A DNA stretch of 64,000 bases from Paraphysomonas bandaiensis. Taxonomy: Eukaryota > Protista > Chrysophyceae. The translations under genes and the position numbers were made by a program. Below the pieces are notes generated by a model. The model was not told where the DNA came from and made no database searches. It saw only the letters and a list, made by a program, of their open reading frames with translations. Shown one piece after another: positions 11,451-21,800 of this stretch; within the stretch, counting starts at the first letter, position 1, and the number at the start of each line of letters is the position of its first letter. Location: the NCBI GenBank assembly GCA_965644295.1, contig CBFFRP010000186.1, positions 1 through 64,000 of the forward strand. Reading direction: 5' to 3'.

Positions 11451-11453
11451 TCA
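11447..11453 (-). promoter_or_regulatory. Candidate stop-codon readthrough signal UGA-CUAG between gag and pol
   Basis: The minus strand reads GAT TTG TGA CTA GAG GTG TTA, and pol continues in the same frame. Confidence 0.8.
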
Positions 11454-13142
11454 CAAATCATCATCGTTATCATCATAGTCAATTTCTTCGCCACTACCAC
11501 CACTATCCGTATCTGCTTCTGCTCTCAAGTGACTCAACAATTTGACTTTGGGTTGATGTTTACCAGTTCCCGGGATTTTCCTAAAATGACCTGGATTAGA
11601 CGACTGATTCTTCTGTGGAGGCGCATTAAAAGACGGTTTTGGTATCAAACTGAATCCTAATCGAGAACCCATCTTCTTAAAAGCTTCATTAAGAATTACC
11701 TTATCATGTGAAAATTTACAATTCTTCTCTTTGCAACCACCTTCCTGAGTCATCTGTCTATAACATGGTGACTGTTCCATATCTTTCACAACTAAGACAC
11801 TGTTTTCCTCCTCACTGGGATTATCCTTATCACTACTTCTTTCAAAAGATAAATCATCTGCTCCTTCTGCTGAATTCACAGTTTTCACATCCCCTTTCTT
11901 CTTAAAATTAAAGCGGAACCTCCGTTTAAACTGCTGGTGCTTCTCGTCTAACTCTCTCGTAATCTTCAAATGACTAAAGAACTCAGTAAGAAATGCTTGT
12001 ACAGAGGCAAAATTCTCCACTTTCAGAAGTCTTCTCATAGTATCCTTCATGCTAAATGGAATCAACCTCATGAAAGTCTCCAGAGAACCCCCATTCTTAA
12101 TTGTTACTAATGGAATACTTTCATACAAACCATTACTTTTGCACGCATCAACCAAGAATTCATAACGCTGTGTAAACTTTGTTTCAAGAATGCATAACTC
12201 CTCATCAACTCTCTTAAAATCCTCCAACTTATCCATATACACTTGGTACGCAGTGCAAGATTTTAACAACATATCATTAAATGCGACTACATCCAGTGGC
12301 CTGATATCATGTTTTACTGCAGACATTATATCAGTTATCGAAGCATCATTACAACTCAAAGTAGTTGGATACACATGAGGAAATAACCCCATTAAAGTAT
12401 GCTTCACAGTCTCTTTGGCTCGACCCTTGATCAATATGAATACTGAAGGAATTGGCTGATCATAATTGCACTTCTCAAACTCAGCTATATCCTCAAGAAA
12501 CCGCATGAACTTATCCAAATCAATTTCCGAAAGCGAAATCGTTCTCTTATATGACTTGTCCTCAGTTGTCAACATAATCTTCTTGACTTGCCTCTTCTCT
12601 GCTTCAGCAACCGCTTCCTGTACCGTTTGTAGCGTTTGTCTCTTATCCTGACGGGGTTGCACTATACTGCTCTCCTCCAAAATACTCTGAGTGGCATTTC
12701 TAACTCCCTGTCGAATAGCTGTCTCAATTTGTGACTGCAATAGAGCTGGATCAATGTACTGCTCTGTATGATGATGAGTAATGGGTCCTACATTAACTTC
12801 AATACCCCTAGAAGTAGTTGACGCATCTTCATTATGAATTATATTCGATATGTCCTCCTCACGAGGTACCACTTCATCTAGACCTACAACTGAAGCTGCT
12901 GGTGAAGTCCTCCGAGATCTTATCTCTTCGACTGCTGTAAGACGTTGAGTAACTTCAACTCGAAACTCATTGAAATTCTCCTCCTGCCTTAGCTGTTGCT
13001 GGTTAAGCTGATGCATGTCCTCCCGAAGCTGCTGGTTCTGCTCCTGCAACTGCTGCTGAATGTCCTCCCGAAGCTCATCCCTTAGCTGCTGAAATTGTTG
13101 ACTGAACATGTTGACCATGTCTTGGAAGCCTTGAGGCTCCAT
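11451..13142 (-). CDS. gag: Gag-like protein with an N-terminal Q/E-rich coiled coil and a C-terminal CCCH finger
   Basis: 563-aa ATG-initiated ORF between the 5' LTR and pol; CYRQMTQEGGCKEKNCKFSH near the C-terminus. Confidence 0.88.
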   Translation of the reverse strand: MEPQGFQDMVNMFSQQFQQLRDELREDIQQQLQEQNQQLREDMHQLNQQQLRQEENFNEFRVEVTQRLTAVEEIRSRRTSPAASVVGLDEVVPREEDISNIIHNEDASTTSRGIEVNVGPITHHHTEQYIDPALLQSQIETAIRQGVRNATQSILEESSIVQPRQDKRQTLQTVQEAVAEAEKRQVKKIMLTTEDKSYKRTISLSEIDLDKFMRFLEDIAEFEKCNYDQPIPSVFILIKGRAKETVKHTLMGLFPHVYPTTLSCNDASITDIMSAVKHDIRPLDVVAFNDMLLKSCTAYQVYMDKLEDFKRVDEELCILETKFTQRYEFLVDACKSNGLYESIPLVTIKNGGSLETFMRLIPFSMKDTMRRLLKVENFASVQAFLTEFFSHLKITRELDEKHQQFKRRFRFNFKKKGDVKTVNSAEGADDLSFERSSDKDNPSEEENSVLVVKDMEQSPCYRQMTQEGGCKEKNCKFSHDKVILNEAFKKMGSRLGFSLIPKPSFNAPPQKNQSSNPGHFRKIPGTGKHQPKVKLLSHLRAEADTDSGGSGEEIDYDDNDDDL

Positions 13143-13239
13143 GGCTCAATCACACGAAAACTAAACACACTTATCTCTTGGGCTCAATATATATTAACTT
13201 GGTACAAATATACTGCTAAGCTAAGCTAAGTAATATTAC

Positions 13240-13878
13240 TGTAACTTTTCTGTGCCCGCAGATGACTCACAAACCGTGACTCAACTCTGAATGGACCAAG
13301 AAAAGATGATCTCTTGTCTAGACTCTACAACCCACCAAAATAGTATCCGCCAGCGGGCTGCGATACTGTCCAGGGCGCAACGACGGGCGCACTGCCAGAA
13401 ACACTAACAAACCGTAGGTGCTCTTTAAGAAAAGTAAATTATAAAGTCAGCGACAAGAATGAGCAAACACCCATCTCGTTCAACGTAGATCAACACTACA
13501 CTACGATCAACACTTCACACTCGAAAACAATATTCACGTACTAAAACCAATATTCACATACGAAAACTTCGACTATCTACGAAATCACGTATTTTGTACT
13601 AAAACTTCGAAGTTCTGGACTTCAGTCCAAATCGAATATGAATCGCCGTCAAAAAACTGAAAAACGTATCTCAGCTACTAAACTGAAAACCTCGAATGTC
13701 GTAAACTGAAAAGGTAACTCCCAAATACAGTGAATATACCCTGTATATGACAACCTCTATATGCATATGTATACCATATATATACCATATACTGCTCCAG
13801 ATATATACGATATATACACACTATATACAGCACAGTATTCTATATACAAATACACGCAGTGTATACTGCTGCGTGACA
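13240..13878 (-). repeat. Intact 5' LTR (639 bp)
   Basis: TGTAAC...GTGACA termini; matches the split copy at 1842-2267 plus 7236-7448. Confidence 0.96.
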
Positions 13879-14027
13879 GTGTGCATATCACAGCATACAT
13901 TGACTTTACCCTTAGCAGTTGTAAGATGATATACACCGTCATTTGAGTTGCCTCTAAGCCTTGATGAACATGTCTGTGCAGCATCAGAGAGGGAGATGAG
14001 AGTTAGAAGCAATGATACAGTTAACAT
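13879..14027 (-). pseudogene. 5' part (signal peptide plus start of the fibrinogen-like motif) of the gene disrupted by the Gypsy element
   Basis: MLTVSLLLTLISLSDAAQTCSSRLRGNSNDGVYHLTTAKGKVNVCCDMHT joins in frame to DKGGWT at 1837 after removing the element and one GTGT. Confidence 0.8.
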
Positions 14028-15092
14028 GTTAGTGTATTGCTATATATATGTATGTATTGATATAGTGGTTGCTCTGTGTGTCTATACAGAAGCTCTCTAG
14101 AACGTTTTATAGTTATAGGAATTCTTTTTTAAAAGAAAGGAACAGACAAACATGTGCATGTACTAGTGAAAGATACCTTTTCCAGCGTATCGGCATCCTT
14201 CGTATATTTTTGTTCAAAGATGCCTCTAATATTGAGACAACAATTATGTGTATTCTAGCCATAGTTATACTGCAGTTATATAGAATATTTTTGCTTCATT
14301 TTATTCCCGAAAAATAAGATGCGAGAGATGAGGAATTTTGAAAACAGGTACCCAGAAACCATAGATTTCGAATACGTCCACCAGTTGTACGTCCGTACGT
14401 CCAATCAAGGGCATATAACCAGTAGATGTATGTATCTGATGTCGTTTGGAACACAGTGTTTGGATATGTGTTTAGTATAGTACATCAAGCAGGCCATAGG
14501 TTTCGAACCACCTGGAAGGGAGTTCAAAACCTCACCCCTCTTTTTGGGTAGGATTTTTGTTAAGCACGAGTGTAGGTCCAGTAAGCTCAATATAATCAAC
14601 AGACATCAACAGTGTGGAGCAGATGATAACAGTTACATTCTTCATATCAGACTGAGAGCATTCTACAAGAGCAACCCGAAACAATACAAGTCTTAATATG
14701 AAGAAATATGAAATGGCGTTAATGTAACACGGTATTATTTCAACTGAGACATTAACAAAGAGAGCAGGGGTGGCCAACATGTATGCTCGTGCCGAATACA
14801 GGACATAGCTTTTTTATTTACTGGCACGATGCCATGAAAATGATGATATTGTATTGTCTATAGTAATTTAATTTCGACTGTCAAACTTACTATATGGTTA
14901 TAAATTCTCGTGTTTTACTTTAGTTTGCAGCGTATTGTTGTTGGAGTAACTACTCAGACACTTTATTATTTATATCGTTATTAATATTAAATTTCATTTA
15001 GTTACTACTCAATTTCTCAATGAATAGTATATATTACAAGAATAGACGGTAGATGGAGGTGAGTCAACGTGGTGGTACAAAATTATGCTTTA

Positions 15093-15368
15093 TGTGCCCC
15101 ATTCTGAGCACGTACTAAGGTAGAGCCGGGTGGGTACCTAACTAATACTTGATTTAAGTCTCATACGTTATTTGCTACCTACTGAACCCAACTACTAGCT
15201 ACAGCATTATCACACGGTATTCAGCGCTGAATAGGCAGTGAGACCCCGAGTGGGGAACTGCTGAACTTAGCAATGTGTACATAGATAGAAGTGCGCGGTC
15301 GCAACACTCAGCAGTACCCACTAGAGGGCCGCACGCAGTGATTAGTTACGCTGTCAGTATGGGGCAAC
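15093..15368. mobile_element. About 275-bp solo-LTR-like or MITE-like element
   Basis: Imperfect inverted ends TGCCCCATTCTGA (15095) and TCAGTATGGGGCA (ending 15366). The right end coincides with the truncation point of the next gene. No TSD found. Confidence 0.45.
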
Positions 15369-15372
15369 TAGA

Positions 15373-16401
15373 GTGCTGGGACAGATGTTCGATTATATAT
15401 CCTATCTACGTAACTCTTTTGGGCAGTGTGAAATATTCGGGATTGTAACTACACTGGAGGCGTGGCAAGTGGTCTGGTTGCCGGACACAGATGACTTTGC
15501 TGCTTCAAAAGACTTGAATCCACCCATATATGAGGATTTGCACACCCAGTTTCCCGTGGAGAGCACACTGGCAAGACAGCTCCATGGGAGCGCGGTGTAC
15601 CGTTATGATGATTCTCAGCTACTTCCCTTGATTGGAACAGTATTGTTGAAATCGATGCACTCTCAATATCGAGAGGTCTCGCTGCTCTCCTCACAAAGGG
15701 CTTACATCATTCTCTATGAGGACAATTGGCGTTGGGGCACGATTTCCAACACTGAATTAATCGAACACACGGCGATTGCACTTACGCTACCCAACTACGC
15801 GCCAAATCAATTAACAGTGTTGCGGCAATTCCACGGAGGGGCGGATGGTCAGGTTTGTCTCGCACTGACTAAAGATTTCAATTTAGTTGTTGTAAAGAGC
15901 TTTTTTGATGAGAGTCTTTGTGAAAAGGGATGGAATATATGGAGAAAAGTGTACGGAGAACGTGTGTTAAGTAGTAGATTGCTAGATTCACAGTGTCTCG
16001 TAATGCCTTTTGTTTTCCATTTCATTGAGCGAGAAGGATCAGTGTGCTTTGATTTTGACCTATCAAATTGGGGTAGAGTTGCGAACAGTGAGTCGCTTAA
16101 TGACGAGCGATTTGAAGCGTGGACGACGAAAATAAACAATTGTATTATGTCCTCTGGTATTACAGCGGAATGGGCGCTTAATGCAAGTGTCGAAAAGCTC
16201 GCTCGACACAGTTTTGTGCATGGCGATCTTGAGTGGAGACATGTTGCATTGCTTCCAGTCCTCAATGACAATGCGGATGATGTCATTGGTATGAATCCAG
16301 TACTTATAGATTTAGCTAGAGTCGAAAAAGTTGAATCAGAATCAATTGCTCTTGAGAGAATGCAAAAAAGTAAAGCAGACCTGATGTCAAAATTGACCTA
16401 A
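15373..16401 (+). pseudogene. 5'-truncated copy of the REase-kinase gene (kinase part open)
   Basis: Matches the last 341 aa of the 58707-60305 protein with 8 substitutions, and lacks the N-terminus and the PD-(D/E)xK motifs. Confidence 0.85.
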
Positions 16402-16749
16402 ACCACTCTACAATTTTATATATGTACTGTTGATAGTATACATGTTCTATATATATATGGGTGTTATTTAAATTCTTAATTAGTGTTATTGATGAAAATA
16501 GAATTAACATTGCTGATGTTGTTGACAACAGATGCAAAGCTGTTTATTGTATGCAAAGCGACATCGTGATTGAATTCGAGGTAGCGAGCGAGTATGGGTG
16601 AGACGTAGATTAGAGAGTCGTGTATCCTGTGGTGCGGTGATATCCATGGCTATGTCATGCCAGTACCTATTTTTTGCGGTGGAGACAGGTGCTTTCCCTC
16701 GATGAATATAGCAGACAATCCCTACTCCACCGAACCGGTACGATGAGCG

Positions 16750-16910
16750 TCTTGATGATGCTAGTGCTAGTGCTGCAACTCCTCACAAAGCAGCTGTGGT
16801 GGCATTATGCTCTCGGCACTTATGCTTTGTTCCTTCGACCTCATTCGATGGACCTGAACCCTATTGAACGTGTTTTATATTTAGCCAAGCATTATACTCG
16901 TAATCTTGTA
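16750..16910 (+). pseudogene. Tc1/IS630-type DDE transposase relic (second copy at about 58200-58360, minus strand)
   Basis: LDDAS...HKAAV in one frame, then LFLRPHSMDLNPIERVLYLAK, resembling the FLPPYSPDLNPIE motif. Confidence 0.7.
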
Positions 16911-17031
16911 GGTAGTGTTTCAGAGAAATGGGTTAATTTAGCAATGTAGTAGGAAATAGGGAATTTTTGATTTGGGCATTAGACTTAAGTTAACCTTGCT
17001 CTACACGTAAGCCTTAAACTTACTTTATTTG

Positions 17032-17145
17032 CAGGGCCTGGTAACCATTAATGGTAATGGAATTAATGGCCATTAATGGTAATGCCATTATAATTGCCGG
17101 GAACTGGACTACCATTAATGGGCCATTAATGGTTACCAGGCCCTG
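17032..17145. mobile_element. 114-bp hAT-like MITE
   Basis: Perfect 23-bp TIR CAGGGCCTGGTAACCATTAATGG and four CCATTAATGG palindromes. The TSD is degenerate. Confidence 0.8.
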
Positions 17146-18624
17146 CTTTGATGCACACAACGTACTTTCAAGAAAGCATTTGACTATGAATGGGCAGAAC
17201 AATATCTGCTGCCTATATCAATATATACGTCGTTAATACTTCTTTCAATCCAAGGAACAGCTGTAATACATAGTAGAAAACTTGTAATGACCACCTTTGT
17301 TCTTTCTCATACAAATCTATATTTCATTCTGGTCGGTCGGAGAAGCATGGGATTATGAGTTTGATAGGTTCTTCCCCATTCCGACAGTGTAGGCTTGCTG
17401 TGTCAAGTTATGGCATAATTGGATGATTTACTAAGTTAACTGGACGTGTGTTCACTCATAAATCTTGTTATAAATTATATAATCAACATCTCTTCTCATT
17501 CATCAATTCATGTTATCTCTACGACCAATCATTTCTCGTACGATTTTGCATCGTCACTATCTTGTATGATCAATATATTATATTCAGTTTCGTTACTACA
17601 GTAGCTATCATGTTGATAGTTCTCATAATACAGTAAACCACTACTGTATTCTTCGACTAACGGTACTAATTCCAATTCGACTACGGTCACACATGATTGT
17701 GACTGGGAGCCCGATTCTATATTGAATCCCAACAAGAGAATGAAGACTATCTATGTCGCTGAGCTGGAAGTAAGCTCATGGGGCCTCATGCATCGACATC
17801 CGGACACACAGACACTAGAGCGAGTCTAGATGCTTAGTTTTAGCATATCGTTCAGCTTAGTGAAGATGTGTGTCTATGATACGGTGGATATGTTGGAGTT
17901 AAGCATCTTATATTCAAGATGTGTGTCATAGAGTGCATATGTATGCATATGTGTGTGTATATGATCCGGTGAGGGCTTCTGTATGCAGATAGAGGCACTT
18001 GGAGTGAAGGGGTGAGTCATATCAGTGTACAGGAGGGTAATCACTGTATCAGGAAGGAAAGAAGATCACTCTGTCATACTCTCTTTAGAGGTAATCATCA
18101 TGATGGTTATAGTGGTATGCTTACCTGAATAATGCCCATTAAAATTACAGAAAATGACCTGAAATTTACACAAAAATTATACCTTTCTCCAATTTTCTAC
18201 CTGTTGACACCAAAAAAGCGCAGATTTTGATCCAAAATCATCCAATAAGTCCTAAAAAGTATGATTATGTACATATATGTACGGATTTTTAGGTACAGGT
18301 GTTTTTTTGGGACTGATTGGTCTGTATACCGTACACTGCCTGCTCTTATCATAGATATTTTACTATAAAAAAATAAATTTATACATAAATAACGGGTTTT
18401 ATGCACAAAATAGGGTTTTTATGAAGAGAGCCTGTACCAAGCTAAAATTCAGTTCCCGAATAATGTAAGTGTACAGCACTGAAGGTGTGCGTATGTATGT
18501 GTATGTATGTATGTATGTGTGTTTGGATGGTTAGTCATAGTAGGGGCAGGGTTTGTAAAGTGTACCACAGCATAAACGGTCGCTTCATACACTCTCGTCG
18601 AGGTGAGAGTGTGTCTGGCTGATC

Positions 18625-19820
18625 ATGGATAAGGTCCAGAGGCCCAGTGCAGTGCAGCTGGTGGTTTTGGTGTGTTTATGTCTGCAGACGACAGGGTGAG
18701 ATACACACACAATACTCACATGACATCACATGCACCGCTACATGTACAGCATGTGGTATGGTTGTGTGATATGGTTATGCTCACACTGTGTGTTAGGTAC
18801 TGTGTGACGATGAATGTGTCCAAGAAAGTTCTGCACGAGTCGTATTCTAACACGGAGGTGCTGTTGGTGGCAGAAGTAGTTAAGCTACTTGTTTCTGGTT
18901 TACTTGTGATCAACTCTGCTGGACACAGCCCTTCGTCCATTGGAGCAGTACACATGTCTGATGGTACAATCGAGACATGGAATCTGAAGCGACTGCTCCT
19001 GCTGTTGTTGCGAGGGAGAAAACTGATCGTCCTTGTGGTGTTGTATTCCATTTCGAATATTATCCCGTTTTTCGCAATAGGACAAATAGGGGCTGCTGCA
19101 TTCACTGTAGTGATGCAGTTGAAAATATTTACCACCGCGGCATTCAGTACGTTAATGCTCTCCAGGCAATATTCTTCGACCAAATGGCGTGCATTGCTGC
19201 TTCTTGTGATTGGATGTGTACTTGTCTCATCTCCTATCATAAATGCTGGGCGGTCGAACATATCGTCGGTGGAAGGTGGCAATAGTGGTGACTCCAGCCC
19301 AGAGATGGTTACTGGTGAAATATTAGGTCTTTTGGCCACTCTTTTGCAGGCCACCATATCTGGATTTTCTTCAGTTTATTTTGAGGCTCTGCTGAAGGAC
19401 AAGGACGACAATACCACCATATGGGAGAGGAATTTTCAGCTGGCTTTCTACAGTATATTCTTCCTGTGTGCAATGACGGCGGGGGAACGGTGGATACATG
19501 TCGACTCCTCCCTCGCTCTCTCAACTGCAGGGGATAACGAGGGATTTTTTGTTGGGTGGACTGCTCTTGCGTTTGTGTTATCTTTACTGCAAGCTGGGGG
19601 CGGGCTGCTTGTGGCAGGGACGCTCAAGTATGCTGACGCAGTGCTGAAGTGTTTCGCGACGGCAGTATCTATCATTTTAACATCCATACTCAGTTTTTTT
19701 TTCTTAGGTAGCGACATTGACATGTTCGTGGCCATAGGATACATGACCACTGTACTTTCTATTTTCAACTACACGCTCGACCACCAACAATTGCCTCAAC
19801 CGACCCCAACTTCTAGGTAG
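18625..19820 (+). CDS. SLC35A-family nucleotide-sugar transporter (UDP-Gal/CMP-Sia-like), one predicted intron at 18696-18796
   Basis: AEVVKL, QLKIFTTAAFS, SGFSSVYFE, IWERNFQL and GGLLVAGTLKYADAVLKCFAT motifs with multiple hydrophobic segments. A GT-AG intron links an upstream ATG exon in frame. Confidence 0.9.
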
Positions 19821-20149
19821 CGTGTAAATATATATCGTAATTTAGTGGTGTTGTATACAGTTATTTCCGTTATAGAAATAGTGCAGTTTTCACGATCGAG
19901 TAACATTAACGATGGTCCTGTAGCATTAGGTGGTCATGTTTGGTTGACGTGTTCCATCGTAGAAGTTCTGCCATTCTGATGAGTATAATACCATTGGTTT
20001 AGGCTAGGCATGTTGAAAAAATGTGATGAAATGCTTTTGTTAAACTGATGTGATATCAACAAAGCTTTTTATGTTCACAGAACTTGTGTTTATATCTTAG
20101 AGGCTCTAAACTATCAATGCAGTATATTAGATCGAAATAAGTGTATTTG

Positions 20150-20396
20150 ATAAAGGGTATCCGGGGAATGGGCCCACCTCAAGCATCCGGGCTATTCACC
20201 TTAAGGACAGAGAGCTACAATGGTTGTATGTTAGTTAAATTGTTTTGCCACACGCCAAATACTAAAAATCAGACGTTCACAACCGTATGTTTAACGTTAT
20301 ATAGTAGGATACCAGAGCTAGACACTAGATAGTTAAATTGCAATGCTAATTTACTACTGACTCATAAACGCCTATTGCTAATAAGAAGACATTCAT
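20150..20396 (+). mobile_element. 3'-end fragment of the LINE-like family
   Basis: Shares GCATCCGG...TTCACCTTAAGGACAGAG and the terminal GCCTATTGCTAATAA...GACATTCA with the copies at about 21000, 47400, 56900 and 62600. Confidence 0.7.
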
Positions 20397-20899
20397 TGCT
20401 GATATCTCTTCTTGTGACATAATTCACACCACACACAAAAAATTGGTAAAAGTATCAGTAGTTTGATCACCTATACTAACGAGACACAATGTCGCTGTAT
20501 TGAATGAGCCATCTAGATCTAAATATTCTCTCTCCCAGTGATACTTGTGATCTCAATTTGTTTCGAGCGTGTATGAAATGCCTGATTCAGTGCTAAGTTA
20601 CGAAGACTTTGGCTATCTAGGAAATGGGGTGGGTTTGTGCAGGCAGAGTCGAGTTCGGCCAACACTCACCAAAGCCATACCAGTTCCTGCATATCAGCAT
20701 ACATGGCTTGATACTCACTCTGCATTGATACTACTCCTCATCACAGTCACTCCAACGCTCTTATGATCTTCTACCTCTTTTTGTAACTATGGTCTCTGAT
20801 AAATTTCTTAGGACTTTTCTGATCTTCGCCTAGATATTTCTTCCTTTTCTGCCCATCATATCTAAATATAATATAAGTGTCTCTTGTGTACATGTCTTT

Positions 20900-21388
20900 G
20901 GGCCCTGACAAATAAACAGGCACCCCAGAATGGGCACAATTCAAGGGCACACGAGGTATTGGGTTGCCTAATCCAGGCTGTTCACCTTAAGGACTCAAAA
21001 ATCCTGAAGTCAGCAGGTGTCAAGGGTATCAACATTTTGTTTTCTCACTGCATTTGCTTTGATAGAGCGAAAGTAGTTGCACCTTGGTGCTTGCGGTCAC
21101 GAACAAGCAGCGTTCGTAGCGTTATATGAAAGTCTGATTATTACATGAGTACGGTTGCGTACAGAAACTAGGTTTTATGTCTATAGACTAGCTAATAACT
21201 AGATTTGCTATATACTACTAGTGGCGGGCAACCGTCTCGGGACTGCTTGTGCATCGCTGCGAGCACCATGGTGCAACCATTTCGTAGCGTTAAATGGTAG
21301 GATACCAGAGACCAGTTAGTTAAATTCCATTCCAATGCTAATTTATTACAGACTCTTAAACGCCTATTGCTAATAATAAGACATTCAC
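20900..21388 (+). mobile_element. Two adjacent 3'-end fragments of the LINE-like family, the second with an internal inversion
   Basis: GTTGCACCTTGGTGCTTGCG...CAAGCAG is forward at about 21075 and reversed at 21243-21277; terminus GACATTCAC at 21388. Confidence 0.7.
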
Positions 21389-21479
21389 TACATCGCCTTC
21401 TATATCTCAATAACAAAACTAACTAGATACATCAAATCGATGAACAAGCATGTTGAAGAGAAATGCCAATGCAAGAATC

Positions 21480-21800
21480 AACCCAACTGTGATACCCTTG
21501 ACTATGGGAGCAAACGTATATTCAATATCCACTTCCGACAGCTGTCCATATCCCAACGCCACCAGTATTCTGTATTCTTTATCGACCCATCCTTGTTGTA
21601 TTTAACAGGATTTAAGTGGTCGCACATTAGTGCGTCGACCGCATCAAAGACATCACGTTGAAATAGATCTTTCCGTTCCAAATACCTGGCCTCCTTCCAT
21701 TCGTCAGCTTCCGGACACTGCAAGAACTTATCGTAGGTTTCAGGTTCTCTGTAAGTAGACAGGTCAGTGATCAATGCATCATCACTTGCCTTACACATAT
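21480..21800 (-). pseudogene. Ty1/Copia pol relic (start of RT)
   Basis: EPETYDKFLQCPEADEWKEARYLERKDLFQRDVF...KDGSIK matches the Copia EPxTY...WxxA...E...DGSI pattern. Confidence 0.75.

Larger units (their letters stand above)
1842..13878 (-). mobile_element. Full-length Ty3/Gypsy LTR retrotransposon (chromodomain-like integrase tail) with an interrupted 3' LTR
   Basis: TG...CA LTRs of 639 bp, GTGT target duplication (1838-1841 and 13879-13882), gag plus PR-RT-RH-IN order, and a polypurine tract next to the left LTR. I found one LTR mismatch by eye (T2053 vs C13451). Confidence 0.97.
15367..17660 (+). repeat. 2.3-kb segment duplicated in inverted orientation at 57446-59741
   Basis: Collinear high-identity match covering the kinase ORF, the Tc1 relic, the 114-bp MITE and downstream sequence. 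Confidence 0.95.

Noticed and set aside
14765-14778. CAGGGGTGGCCAAC as a hAT terminus
   Set aside because: No matching inverted end or TSD was found in the window.
18716-19768. Long antisense ORFs over the transporter (and similar ones over the kinase, kinesin and RNF213-like exons)
   Set aside because: They are shadows of real coding frames with no motifs of their own.
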